A stretch of 64,000 nt of DNA from Zygnema circumcarinatum SAG 698-1b (GCA_037447605.1 CM074804.1:5681909-5745908); one strand, 5' to 3'. Shown: positions 11,601 through 25,787, counted from the stretch's first letter. Notes: generated by a model not told the origin, from the letters alone. Numbers and translations are program-made.

Positions 11601-13526
11601 TTGGAGCGCTTAGTTTCCTTGGGGCCGGAAAAAGTGTTGAAATGGTTAAGTTTCTCTCTTTTCTCGTTTACTTTCTTGTTGGGAAGGCGGAACCTTACAA
11701 AGTCCGCCACCCTACCTCCCTCCGATTGTTGATTATATACATTGTTCTGAATGCAAAGGTATTCCATCTGCTATAAATCGACAAGTCTTTTCTGTTCTCT
11801 GAAGGGGAGAAGCCCTTTTCATGATCTGATGTGTTCGTTTCGCGGATGGTGCTATGTTCAGGACGACCCCGACAACATCACACGTTTCCTGATTTTGGCC
11901 CGAGAGCCAATTTTTCCCGGGACAGACCGTCCATTTAAGGTGTGCTTTGGCTGACATCATCCTGCTGTTGGCACATCTAGATGTGGATTGATCCCTTGAG
12001 CTGGTGTTGAGTATGCACATTTGGTTATCCGCCGCTGTTCATCGTCTGACAGTGAGTGATTCTGGTAGTGGGTAGACGAGCTACACGAACAAGCTGTGCC
12101 TTTTGGAATTATCTAGTTATATTTTCATTTTTCCTGGGGACTTTTGTCAGTTTATATTCTGAGCTGGCCTTAAGGAGAATGGTGATGATGATGGGGCCAG
12201 ATCTAGGGAGGGCATGACCAGTATGGAGTGAATTGTTTGCCACTGCAGACAAGCATTGTGTTCACATTGGAGACTGGTCCAGGAGTACTTTTCAAGGCAC
12301 TTTCAGTGTTTGCACTGCGTGACATCAACCTCACAAAGGTGCGTTATTGACCCTCTCAGATGTAGAATGTGGTCGGCATGCATAAAAGTCAAGCTTAAAT
12401 TGAACTCTTGATGTTATAAGTTGGACTTTACTTTTCGGCAAATGCTCAATGTGTGAGAGTTGCTATACTGAGTATATGTTTCCCAACGATTTCTAGATTT
12501 ATGCGTGTACATTTTACAAGTCACCTTCAACTAACTCAAGCAACAACAATGGCAATTTCGCACTTCTGCTTGCTTATTTGTGTATTATTCTTTTTGTTCG
12601 CTTTCTGCTCAGTAAATAGTAGGACTGAACTTGGGGATTCTGCCTACTGTTTATCTAACGCAGCAGCTGGAAATTATTTTTTCTAACAGAGAGCTTGTAT
12701 TGGAGAGCTGTGACAGATTGAGAGCAGGCCGCAGAAAAATAAGCCTTTGTCGGTGTTCTCAGGGGAGCAGATGAATGGCAAAACAGAGTGAGGATCTGAT
12801 CTGGACCTGAGGGCTGTTTTTGCACTTTAGCAATTCCCGACGTGCTGATCTGCGTTTGTGTCTATGCTGACATAAGCTGGGTTACAACCTTTCCTATTGT
12901 CCTTTTGTGTGAATACTTTATGAAAGGTGCTTTGCGTCCAGTTTTCTTCTCATGTTCAGGCTATGCTCGTGAAAGTGTCTTTTTAGGTCCACATTTATGG
13001 CACAGCTGTCGGGTCACATGCACAGAAGCTAATAGATTGAATATCGGCGTGGGAGCAGTGCTTTGATGAGGGAGGCGGCAGACAATGGCTATCGCTTGTT
13101 CGATTATCTCTTCTACATTGATTTTCAGGCGTCTTTGGCTGAACCCCGTGCACAAAACGCACTTCGACACTTACAGGTATAAAATTCTCTCCTCGACTCT
13201 TTCCCACTTCTTTGTTAGCATTTAACGTGCACCTCTTTTGGCGAGCTGTTGCGGAAGGAGGGGTATGGTTGGAGTCATTAGAAATGTCATTGGCATGAAA
13301 TGTAGCTGAGAGTAGGATGTGTTGAGCTTTCGTTTGTGTGACTCGGTCAGTGTAGGTCTGGGATGCATGATAGCACGCCTGCAGAAAAAATGCGCGCAGA
13401 ACAAAGAATGGACACGGGGACGGCATTGATGAGGGTGTGGCAAATCATGGACTGCAGGAGTTTGCGCCCTTCTTGAGAGTCCTGGGAAGCTATCCGATGG
13501 ATGTCAGCCCTAATGCAAAGCTGTGA
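8644..13526 (+). CDS. ADT: arogenate/prephenate dehydratase, plastid-targeted, 11 exons
   Basis: Exons 8644-9136, 9859-9923, 10163-10255, 10680-10880, 11221-11301, 11455-11550, 11862-11939, 12249-12338, 12717-12787, 13059-13176, 13458-13526. Motifs [62 protein letters not shown], and ACT domain TSIVF...INLTKIESRP...LFYIDFQAS...[11 protein letters not shown]. Ala/Ser/Arg-rich N-terminal extension. Confidence 0.96.
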
Positions 13527-14423
13527 CGAAGACTTTTTGGACAAGGTGGAGCGTGGAGCTTCTGGAAGAGGCGAGCAATGCCGAAGACTTACTTTCAAAC
13601 CATTCGGAGACTCATCCCGACGAGATGCTCGCACATATGGATCAGCCGCAGAGGCCGCCCCCCCTTACGCGTCATTATGTTACCCGTACAATACCTATGG
13701 CAGGTCTAGTACTCAAAGTTGGCTAGATTAGTCAGGAAGATAGTAGATAGTTTGTAGGGGCCGCAGTAGAGACGACAAAAGGCCGTTGGGGAAACAGAAA
13801 GAACTGCAACTTCATCCGTGGTCAAGTGTTCTCTCGGCCTTTGCCATGTCTCTGCTCCCAATTTTGTCCATTTTCTCCATTCGAGCTGTAACTCTTCCAT
13901 CCAATATTTACTTGAGATTCTTCAGTCACTTAGCTAAATCTTTGCAACAGGTCGATGTGAAGGATGCACAGTCATCCCTTTCCTTTCACCGGAGGTCACT
14001 TTCGGTCAAAGATGAAAGGAAGCAGGTCTGCTGAGAAACATGGTACAGCCATTCAAGCAAAGGATGCGAATATAATACTGTCGCTATTCATATCCGTGGA
14101 TGCAGATGTCAAAAGGTGGAGCAAGGAAGCACAACTAGGAAGAGTGACAACAAAAAACGTGGTAATTGGCTTATAGAGGTCGCAACACAAGTTGGCGTGT
14201 GGATAGACAGATGCTATATTCACACCACTACTTCGAGAGAGCCCTCTGCAGCTTCAGTGGATAGACAGCCTCCGATTATTTTAAAATCCCCACAATTCCA
14301 GCTTTTGCAGTCACCTTAAAGAATGAAAAACAAATGCATGAGAATTCTAATGTCGGCCTCAACCCGGCCCCCCTTTTCAGCCCTCCGCACAGGCAAGTGC
14401 AACGCAGCAGTCGGGAGGGGTCC

Positions 14424-17400
14424 CTACGTGAAGATGGTGACGACATCTCTCCTGTAGCCCCTGACCATGAGGAGGCGCGGAATGCCGTCCACCAGCAGGT
14501 CCATGTACTCCATGTAGCAGTAGGACGGGTGGTTGAGGGGCGGCGGGGGCAGGCTCACCAGCACCACCGCAGCCATGCGCGAATAACGCATGATGATGGA
14601 GTTCAGCTTCAGCGTCGTGTACAGGAACTTGTTCACCTTCTGCTCGTTGAACAAGAGCTGAGAACTGCCGTCGGCGTTGTCCTGCTCTAGCTCGCTGAGA
14701 TGAGCGGCAATGTGCTTCCTCGCCTGAAGCACACATTGGAAATGGCATCAGAAAAACAAAAGTCAAAAACACTTTGAATACAGAAAACAAGTCGAGGGTT
14801 CGTCTGAAGGTCTTCCAGGTCAGGGTCTTCAGTATGACCACAGGAGGAGAGGCCAATGTGACTCGGGAGAACCACCCTATACTCACCTTTGAGAATGACT
14901 CCATGGCTCCTTGCCTCGCCAGCTCTGCTTCCGGTCCCTCAGTATCAGAAACCACATCTTCCCATGCCTTCATGGTTACCACGATCACATCCGCCTGCAT
15001 CCGCAAGTCGTACAGAAACTTCCGCACATCTGTCTTCAGCTCCTCAGCCTCTGAATCCTCTTCTGCGATGCAAAACACCTGTTGATCCAAGAGTATGCTT
15101 AACAGTTAGAACGAACTCGACTTGAACTCGTGGATGCCTATAGTTCAGTGTGGCGGGCGCCACTCCCTCCAATTCACCCTACACTGATGCCCATCTTTGT
15201 TCCTAAAGTTCAGAATGTAGGCGAGGTCCATTGTGCTATTGATTGTTCAGCGAGCATACGTCACATGTGGAATCCGGGGGAGACCTGCTTGTACGTGATT
15301 ATTGCCTACCTGAATTTTGCAGCTTTCAAAGCACTCCTTGGCACGAAGTAGCTGTGAAAGCAGCAGCATTATGCCTCCATCACGCACTATCCAGTACAGG
15401 TCGATTGTGCCATACTGCTTCTGATACTCGCCCGGCCACTCGTCCAGGCCCTTCACGATGACACACGCCTTATTGGCCGTATTGCAGTCGTTGATGATGT
15501 TCGTGAAGGTGTCTGGGATTTCACTGCATCGCAAGGGAGGGGTACGGGTCAGAAGAGCCACCACTCAACTTGTGCACGTTCTTATCAAATAACTAAAAGT
15601 TCAAGCGTTTCCTTAGGTGATAATGTCGATTGGCAGATAGAACGCCTATTAATAGATCAAGAAGATCTCAAGAAGAAGCAGGCTCCCTGTAGCCAAACAA
15701 TCTTATAAAAATCAAACTTGGGAATGCCAAATCCCCGAAAGAGCGATATTCCACTAAAAGGGAACGCCACTAAACATTCAATCTGAGCATTCACGAGACC
15801 AACTAAACGGACATATTTTAGTCACGAGAAAACAAGAACTTTAGAACAGCTTAGCTACACGGACGGCCAGCTACCACGAATCACAGCCAGTTAATTCACT
15901 ACCACATCAGGTGCATTTACATTATTGGCGCCCTACGAAATCGTTCGTCATGAGTGAGAGCAAAGGGCAGACAAACCTGTAGCGCTCCTCTCGCCAGATC
16001 TCTGGATATCGCATGCAGACCATGTTGGGCTTCAGGTTGCCCAGACCCATGCTCTGCAGGATAGTTCGAAATCCCACAGTCATGCTTTCCGCAATGATCA
16101 CTTCAGCCACCCCTTCACAGTTCCGGTGATCAATGTAGCTCGATAGCAGATGGGCTGCATGGCGTGCATCCTCCACCTTATCCCTGCACCCATTTATTCA
16201 CTTCAAGGGTTTGTTACTGCAAAACGACAAGACAGACGGTTGCACGACAGATACAACATGGCCTCTACAGTCATATTCAGCATTTCCCTCATTACCTCCT
16301 CGGTGGATGTAATGCACCACTATTTAGAGTTGTTAACCTCTCAAACTCCCATAATTTCTTACAACAGCAAAAGCCCACCTGCCTCACTTTGCAGGAACTA
16401 AGGGTCCCAGTTCCCATGCGGAAGCAATTCACCAATTCCTTGCCTGACATAGAGAAGGAAGCCTACTTGAAAGTTCCCTCGAGGATGCTGAGGAAGATCG
16501 ACATTCCGCGGCCCTTCTTCTTCATGCAGTTGGCAAACTCCGCAAGCTTCGGGTGGCAGGGCACGTCCGTTGGCAAAATGCCCCACGGCTTGCAGTAAAT
16601 GAGAGGAATAGGGTACCAATTCTTGGGATGGACTTGATTGGCTGCACGAAAACAAAGCATGCAGCATCAGTCCCCATACATAATTCAGCTTACCGCACCA
16701 AGATTACACTAAACCAGGACAAGAGAATCTGTAGTTTATCATTCTCACTCTTTTAATTCCTGGTCTTTGCAAGCTTCTTACTCCTCTTGCATATTCACAG
16801 CTTCACGAGTGCAAAAAAACGTGGAAGGATTTAGGACCCTTCAAAATGCAATAGACATTGTCGTCTGACACGCCATGGTTAGCGACATTGCAAAACTGGC
16901 CTTACTATTAGAATGATGCCAGGGTCCTGAAAATTTACCTGGCGCATTTTAATGTTCTAGAATGCCAAATCAGCCATAAAATATTGTATGCATGTGCCGA
17001 AGTGTTATTAGATCTACCTCACACTGGCACTGCCCTCTAACAGTCTGGTCTGATTTCCAATACAGGGCATACCAACACTTTTCATTGCTCTTGCTTTCGT
17101 ACATAGCCTTTAGGTTATCTTGCACCTATGGCACTTTCGGGATAAAACATCACGACTCCTATTCTGCACAACACACGAATCAATGAGAACTCGAACGAGC
17201 GCATTTCTCAATGCAAAACACTTCCAAGCCATGACTTCTAGTACGAAAGTTCACCTCCAAGGGAGCGCAAACTTCGCAGGGCAAGCTGGAAATAGGCGCT
17301 CTTGAAGCCATCTCCCCAGTCGCCTGCCTTGCCCTTCAGGCTGACGTAATAGTAGATGAGGACAGCAAGGGCCAAAGCGATGAGGGTGAAGTACCAAGAG

Positions 17401-20400
17401 ATCAAGAACATAATGACTGCAATAGTCATACATACAAACGAATCAGAAAAGCATCACTGTGCATGAAAGTAAAAACGGCGAACGAAAATGCATTTAGCCG
17501 CAAGAACCTCGCCTTATTCCGGCACTGTGGGCATTTTGGAGGCAATTTCGCAAGCTTTGGCGACATCTAACCATGCTTCCAAAGCCCAGGCTGCCACCTC
17601 CTAGAGACAATCGGAAACATGGCGAAACAGTGTTGGAAAAGCTCGCACCAATGCACAATGTTGCTCCCACAAGGGAGGAAGCCCAGTGATGAAACTTCCA
17701 ACGAGGTCGCCAGCTCGGCGCATCGAGAAGGTCAAGGAGGAAGCAGGAGAGGTTGACCCCGCAGTAGCAGAGCAAGAAAAACATTGTGATGACAGGGGTG
17801 ATGTAGTCCAGGTTGCCGATCACCACACATCCGCAGCAAATGAGAAGCGTGAAGGCGGTGGCGAAGTGCGGCTCATGGCCGTCCGGTACGCGGAAGAAGG
17901 TGAGCACGGGGAGGATGTCATCGTTGGCTATGGCTGCAAGCAGCCGCGGGGCGCCCATGAGACTCTGAAGGGCCGCCCCCAAAGTGGAAAGTATGATGCC
18001 GATTTGGACTACTGCCGGAACAGGCCACGCCACAGTTGCAGTCAGCAACCTGCCAAACACAAGAAAAGGGGGGGGGGGGGGTGTGGGGTGAGGAGGGGGG
18101 AGGGGAGGGGAAGGAGAAACAATAACAAAGCAGATGTAAGTCATTTCCAACCTTAAGGAGCGGGGAAAAGGAACATGTCAGATGTGTTGTTCATGGTAGA
18201 AGGATGGATAATGTAGGGGTGATGCATAAGAAGAAATTTGAGAGCAGACTTGAGTTCCAGGAGGAAGCCATATAGCCACGTTTAAGGGAGCACATTCATA
18301 GACGATGCTCTGGGTAGCCGCAACAATTTGATGTTGCGATTCTTAAACCACGGGACTGATGCAGAGCCTTAGCGCCACCTACCGATCTGTGAGAAGCTCG
18401 TTCCTTGTTGCAACAGCCCCAAACATGCACACAGCGACCACATATATGCTGGTAGTCATGAAGATGGCTGACAAGGTTCCCAGCGGTATGGAACGCTGCG
18501 TGTCCTTGAGCGAAGCTGAGCGGTTTGAGCCGGCCATGATGCCCGTCACAGCTGGGAAGAAAAGTCCACACAAGGAACTGGAGTCCCCCAGAACCCCAAG
18601 GGATGTCCGTCAAGTGCAGCGCATGCAAGTCCGAAGATGCAAGTTCATCAATCTCAGAACTAAAAGCGCGTAGTAAAGTACTTAGGACGGGTCGTGCAAA
18701 CGACAAGCTGAGATGATGGCGACAAGAAGGAATATAAACAAGAAAGGAGGTGATCAATACTGAGAGTCAAAAGCAAAATAAGCAAGAAGCAAAATATGTG
18801 TTTTCACAATTAAGGTCTACTTCGTTGTTCACTAGAATGAGACAGGCTGTTGTCCACACAGGTTAAGCTCCGCAACAACTTCTAGAGGATACGTTTGCAA
18901 GGACACCAAAGGTTGACCAAAACCAATCTAATGGGAGTAACAAGAATTTGCTGCTCGGCATATGGCGATCTAAGGGGGGAAAGGAGAACAAAAGTGCAGC
19001 TGAATGGAGGACAAACCTGAAATCCCAATAGTAGCCACCACTGGCATTGCCAGTGGCATCAAGCTCAAGTGGGATGCCATTCTGATTGGTCCGTTGGTAT
19101 GCGGATCCCCAATTGCTCCTAAAAGTAGACCATCTCAGCCCAGTAATGCCGGCTGCAGCAGAGGACTCCGCTTTGAGGTCAGACACGAAAGTGATACTAT
19201 TTCCACTACTCTTCTCATAGGAAGTAGCACATGTTCTAATAGTTAGGCTCACACTTCCAGAATCTTTACCTACCACTGATGACTCTTAACAACTCACTTT
19301 CCAACCGAGGATCAGCCAGATTAGCATCAATTCAAAAAGTAAAACTTTTGTGACTTCGACCATGGACTACTAGCGATAAATAATGGGACGCTACTCGGTT
19401 GTCATTAACCAGAGGTTCTATCAGTCCAAAAGGACGCTAGTAGACAGAAGGCCTGCTTAGTGAAATGACGTAAAGATAGTGGAATCTTTTTCCATAAAAT
19501 TCAATCAATTTTGAGAGCAAGAGCAGAGGGCTAAGTGGCAAATTACCAGACATGTCACCACGGGGTGATGCGAGCATCCCCACGAAGATAAGGACCACCG
19601 ACAACAGCGAAGGTATAAGGAACGCAGGTCCAACGCGTCCCACGATCTTCACGCCACCAAAGACTATCATACATAAGATGATCGCTAAGATGACCCCATA
19701 AACCTGCATGTCATGAATGTCTGTTGTCGTCACTACGTTCACCACAGAAGCTGTCGGCGCACCGACTGGAGAAGGTGCAGCAGCCGGGTCAAGGAGGAGG
19801 TCGTGGGAATTAGCTGCAGCGACAATGACGGGAAAAACGACTGAGTTGACGTAAGATAAAAGATTTGCAAAAGGAACAAAAAATGAGCGCTGTCCTTTCA
19901 AAGACAATCAAGCACGCAAACACATAAAAACATAACATAAAATACGAAGTCGACATCCACAAATGGGTCATTAGAAATAATGAAAGCCTGCTCCATTATT
20001 ACCTATCATTACCTATCAATTATTCAGCTGAACCAACACAGATTGAACACTTTCTGTCTGATTCAATTGCCTATTCTTTTTTCCCTGAATCACCTTTCTA
20101 TAAAATAACTGGACTATTCGTACCCCAAGAAAAGTTTAAGGTAATGGCTAAATCCCAACTTGGTCACCACCATCGCCCGTCAGGCTATTAACAAATTTCA
20201 AGGCAATACTTGGCCAATGCAAAAGTTCATGAAGAATAGGCCTTTCTAGGAGGATGATTAACCAGTTACAGCACAAGCATACCTCCAAAGATGCTGATGC
20301 CTGGCAAGGCGTCGAGAAGAGTTTCCACAGCACCCAACACATACCTGGCCCACAAACCGACTGTCCCCCAAATATCGTAAGCCAGTTAACTAGCCCCTGT

Positions 20401-23284
20401 ACAGCCTCAAAGTAGGCAGCGATTTCTTCCTTAAAGTGTCGTCTGACCTAGGTCTCAAGGATTGGCGCAGCTAATGCATATGCTTGCATTATGTCACTGA
20501 CTGTAAACTCAGAGATCCACAACATCAATATAGTAATCAAGACTCAGAGATGGTGATGGGGTCAGCAGTTTCGCACTACGTCAAACCCCCAGGTTCCGAA
20601 CTTTTCCGACTTTGACCCATGATTCTTTCATGTAAATGCTATAGCCCATACTGAAGTGGAACTGATCCAAAACACGCCAAACGAGACCTTCGGATTATAA
20701 CGACAATTGTCTTTGAGCATTACAAACTCAATGGATTCATATGTTCCATAGCCATGATCAAGGTTATTTGGAAATTAGTGAAAGCATGGAATAATCATAC
20801 TTAAAGATAGTATACCTATCCGACACATGACCAAAGTTTTAAGGGGTGCCACATCAAAGTCAGCATATCGTTACGCTTAAGGCTGGACTCACAGAGAACC
20901 AGCAACTGCGTTTCCGAGAAAGAAGCAAAGTCCTATGCTCACTCCAACCTCTGGACCAAGAGCTCGTCCAATCAAATAATAAGGCCCGCCTCCCTGCAGA
21001 TGCACAAATAGCAGGGTCATTGAGGCACGATATTCACATTGTTAGACTTCAAGAAACCCTCAACAAGTATACGTGTCGTTGTGTGCCCCTTTTAACTCCT
21101 AACCAATCTTTCTACCCATTCAAGGCATCAGTCTCCCCAGCGTCATAACTATCCTGCACTGCACCTCAAGCATTTAGGATTGACTCGTCACATATGAATC
21201 ACTCTCTCATTCAAACACAACAACAGCGGGAAACTGAGAAAGGGGGGCAGAACAGCGAAAACCACGGCCACAAAACAATGTTGATGAGACTGGAAAGAAA
21301 AATGCATATGACATCAGGACTGCTGCTTCCAGACAATACAGCCAGCTAGCATAGAGAAACAGTTCCTCGTAGAGAACCATCTCCATCATAATACTCAATG
21401 TGTTTAGCTGAATAGTGGCTACGTTTACACACAAAAGTGCAGCAGCCCACATCCTAAACAAAAGACCTACTATTCCAACGAGATTCACGAGGATCTCACC
21501 TTCATGGCACCGTTAGTAGCAATTGCACTCAGTGAAAGACCCGTAAGGAATGTGCATGAACAGCACAAGAGGATGAGCAGCAAGCTTTGGCCGACTCCCG
21601 CAATTCCGACAATCCTTCAAAGCAAATAAACAACCATTTAACATTTGGCCTGCTGTTTAATCCAATATACAACCATTTAATCTCTGACCTGCTGTCTGAT
21701 CTAATATGCGGAATAGTCACGTACCATAAAAAAAACAACAAGAAAACAAGAACAAGAAAAATTCGACCAGGTTATGTGAGCGTGGCTTGCTTTCACTTCA
21801 GCATCAATGACAGAGGTTCATGAGTAGTTGGACAATTTATCCAAAAAAAAAAACTTCCGGAAAAGGACGAATACTACGTGCGATCAGTGAGAGCTGCTAA
21901 GATTCCCACTCCTTGCATTGCTTAGAATATTACCATGACAAACGAATAAACAGTATGATGCCCATGATGTTTTGAACGCAGGGTATAAGAACACCCATAA
22001 GAGTTCCATGTTTTGCTACTTTCTGATTCTGCACAATCAAGAGGAAAAATGCAGGCATTGTCATAAAATACTCTGTGACTGCTCTTCATTGAGTGGAGTC
22101 ACGGTTTCTCCTTTTCCCTTTCCATCCCTCCCCGCTTCCACACATATTTTTTCAAAAGATAGTACAGCATCGCATATGCACAATACCTGGATATGTTATT
22201 TTAGAAATTAAAAGTCACCAAATAAAGTCAAGATAGAAATCTAATGACGTACAAAACATAACGTCACAAACAATCTGCCAAGAGCCAGACAACGGAGCTT
22301 ACTTGATTGTTTCCAACGGAAACATGCATTTCATCTCCTTCACGAGGGCTGTAAGGTAATTGTTGACCCGCCATGCTGCAAGGAAATAAAAGTTGTTTGC
22401 ATTGAGATGCGTGCTGCAAATAAGTACTACCACATTTTCCATCAAATTTATGCCATAATCAATTCGCGAATTCAGGAAACAAGCGACAGACATCCCCACA
22501 GTCCTTGCTATGCTTAAGGACTCGCCTTATTTAAATGCAGAAGTTTATAGAGAGGAAATGGGTTATTATTGGTTGACAGAATTATGAAGGGCATAATATT
22601 TTGGCATTTGCAGTAAGGGTTCGATGGTTGGCTGATAAGAAAGCCGCATGGGCACTCGTAGTGATCTGGCAAACAGCGATCAACATCATGCACTAGACGT
22701 GCCTAATGATCTTGCAAGCTTGAACAGAACCTCGATTTAGAGGCAAATGAACGGCATTATTGTTTGAGAGGAAATTGATAGCCAAGGTGAACATACGAAG
22801 CTGTATGCTAGAAGCACGAAAGATTCCCGGAACAGACTAAAAATTATCGGCATCAAAAAACTAAAATATCGCGAGAAATGAGAGAGCACGTGAGCAGACT
22901 AAAGCTGAGGAAATTCACCTTCTAAGTCCTCTGGCATCAACAAGTGGATCCAGCTCAAAAATCTCCAGTTTTGATTCCCGCTCAGCACGATCAAAATGAG
23001 ATGATTCCGACATGCCGCGGCTGGTGTCATCTGATCGTCCCTTCAGAGGCGAATGTCTGCAAAAGGGAACCGCAATGTTGGCTAAAGGAAGAAACGCAGA
23101 TAGTTCTCAGCTGCAGAAACGTGTGTTATCTGCACAATGTGCATGAGCATTGCATCCTGATCAGGCCGTACCGCCCGCTGCTTGCGTCTGACGGCCGATC
23201 TAGATCCACCGAAGACATCTCAGCTGGAGTAAAAGGCTCCGCTTCCTTTTCGTCGTTCCCTTGCGAGCCTTTCCCGTTTTCCAT
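14424..23284 (-). CDS. CCC1: cation-chloride cotransporter (SLC12/CCC1 family), multi-exon
   Basis: Spliced product [177 protein letters not shown], all with GT-AG introns. Confidence 0.96.
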
Positions 23285-23639
23285 TGTAGTGATCCTTGCC
23301 CTGCAAGTGCTCGCAATTGGCAGCCAAGATTACACGAAAGGCAGAAACACACGAAATGGTGATGCTTTCTGAACTCCTGAAGGTGCAGGTTCTCATGAAT
23401 TTGCAACCAAAACGTGGTGGTGGGGAGGCTGTGTAGCAGCGAGGCGGTCCGCAGGGTAGGTTGGCGGCCTGACAGCGCTGCAGGCTCCGTCCCTTGCTTT
23501 ATGCTTGGGGGGGGGGGGGAGGGCGGGCGCCGCGTTCAAAGCCGAGCACGCCTGGCCCCCGCCCCACGCCTCGCCCGAAGTTTCCTGCGGCCTTCCAGGC
23601 CCGGCCCTCGTCCACACGCCGTTGCACATAGCGCATCGT

Positions 23640-23744
23640 CACATTGCACATTGCACATTGCACATTGCACATTGCACATTGCACATTGCACATTGCACAT
23701 TGCACATTGCACATTGCACATTGCACATTGCACATTGCACATTG
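23640..23744. repeat. (CACATTG)15 heptamer microsatellite upstream of CCC1
   Basis: 15 perfect tandem copies read directly. Confidence 0.97.
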
Positions 23745-24703
23745 CAACAGGGTCCACACCGTTGGGGGAGCTGCCCGGGATGGCATTTGCATAACGGCAG
23801 GAAGGCAACCAGTTTGGTCTGTCTATCAGCGGTTTCTTCTCAGATCTGCATTGTTTGACCGGTTTGCAACAGGACACAATAGGAACTTTGGCCACAAGCT
23901 TGTGGGGCACCTGATGGCGAGGTCACTAGCTCACATGGAAACTCTAATGGAATCAGAATCTCATTGGAGTGATGCACATAGAATACTTGGGGAGAGACAC
24001 AAAGAAAGAAAAGTGAAATGGTTGCAAAAGGATCCCTGAATTCATGCCTATCGAGTTGCCAAATCTCATTTCGCATTTGCTCAAACATGCAATAGCCGCT
24101 TGCAAACTGCTGGAAAGAGTGACACATTCGCTGGTTTGTTGAATTGGTTCGTAGGGAGCAACTTGTGAACGTATCATTGTATCATGCACCAAATGGTTTC
24201 ATGTTTCAGGATAAAGTCCACATTGATTTATGTGTAGAGGTAGATTTCTTTTTCGCATACATTAAAATCCAAGTGTTGTCTTGACATTGAGCGAACCATG
24301 TCACGGCCATTTTGCTTTTGTCCATGTACATTTGATGGCCTCGCCATCGTGAGTTCAATGAATTTTTCCCCTTCATGTAAAGGTAATTCTGGTCGAAATT
24401 TCCCATCCATTTTAGGGAAGTCAGTGGAAAATTGATGGGAAAAACTACCCAATAACAACATGGAACTTTCTACGAAAACGAGAGTGCTGTAATCTAGAAC
24501 TTCCCTTCGGCATTTGGTCAGAGCATCCTCTTTAGCAGGCATACACAAAATTGAAAACTGGACACAAAAACATGCACACAATTCAATTCGGGAACAGCAA
24601 GTGTTCTGGGAGGAAATTCCAATTTCAGGTTTCACAGGGCCGTGGGGCCCCATTCCGTTGGTAGCGTCTAAGTATCGCTCGTAACATATACCGAGCGACA
24701 CAC

Positions 24704-24776
24704 TACCCCCGGTGGGACTCGAACCCACAATCCTCTGATTAGAAGTCAGATGCCTTATCCATTAGGCCACGAGGAT
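24704..24776 (-). tRNA. tRNA-Arg (anticodon UCU), intronless, copy 1
   Basis: The reverse complement ATCCTCG TG GCCTAATGGATAAGGC A TCTGA CT TCT AA TCAGA GGATT GTGGG TTCGAGT CCCAC CGGGGGT A folds as a 73-nt cloverleaf with A and B boxes. Confidence 0.93.
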
Positions 24777-25056
24777 GCGCGCTTCGTAGGGTTAAACAAT
24801 TATTCATATAGTTTTCTACTGCATGTACTTCAAAAATATTTGAAAAATAGTGTCGCAAAGAGATTTTGACGCAGTTCGGAACTGTGCGACATAAAGCAAA
24901 GCGCATGTCGGCGTCCGCCGGACCGTACAGCGCCACCGCCCGAAAACGGCCGGGCGGCAGCTCAGGCTCGCTGCGCGCACGAGAATTTGTTGCCGAAAAC
25001 ACGCCGTGCATTTAAATTAACGGAACATATATTTAACTTTCGTTCAACAAATATTC

Positions 25057-25129
25057 ACTCTCGTGGCCTAATGGATAAGGCATCTGACTTCTAATCAGAG
25101 GATTGTGGGTTCGAGTCCCACCGGGGGTA
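25057..25129 (+). tRNA. tRNA-Arg (anticodon UCU), intronless, copy 2
   Basis: ACTCTCG TG GCCTAATGGATAAGGC A TCTGA CT TCT AA TCAGA GGATT GTGGG TTCGAGT CCCAC CGGGGGT A. AT-rich/TATA-like and CAA elements lie upstream and TTTT lies just downstream. Confidence 0.95.
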
Positions 25130-25787
25130 ATTTTATGGCCCGTAATTCCGGACATCCCTTGTCCATCCGTGAACAATTTTAGCATAAGTAATCAAGTACT
25201 GATACAGCAAAAAATGCTCTCTAGAAGCATTCTCTTGCAGTTCCATGTTCCAAATGTTATTCGACATAATTGTTCACTTGGGTCCAGGTTCGTTTCTATT
25301 CTTGTATCGAAACATCAATCAGTCTGAGAAAATTGACAATTCTTACTTCCTGTTTTATAATTTGAGAATCTGGTTTTGACTTTTTTTTTGAATTGCCAAA
25401 ATCTTGAAAATTGAACAGTGAGAATTTTTGGCTGTTCAAAAAAAAAAACTTTCAAAATCCAGACTTTCAAATTCGGCGTTTGATACTCAAAACTAGGAGC
25501 ATGAAGCAGACCCTTACATTTTCTTTTTGCGGCTTTACAGGCATTCAAAGGGACAATGTTTATGCAATCGAGAATAAGTACAGTACATGAAAAAATACGA
25601 CGAGATTCGACTCGACCAGTCGACGTGCTCCAATGCGATTTGCGAAAGTTTAAGCAAACACCGATTTCCGCTCATAGCTTTTTTCTATTACTGTCCTAGG
25701 TCCTTTGTGACCAGTTCCTTGTGGCTCCCAGAGTTGATGTTGTCCTGTCCCATTCATGCCCTCGCCATTGTGCGATCCATGGATTAT

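Noticed and set aside
23414-24039. ORFs with HIAHCTL / MCNVQCA repeats (metal-binding-looking)
   Set aside because: Translations of the (CACATTG)15 microsatellite, open in all frames.
24704-25129. tRNA pair as terminal inverted repeats of a transposon or prophage att sites
   Set aside because: Similarity stops exactly at the tRNA boundaries; no TSD, integrase or cargo.
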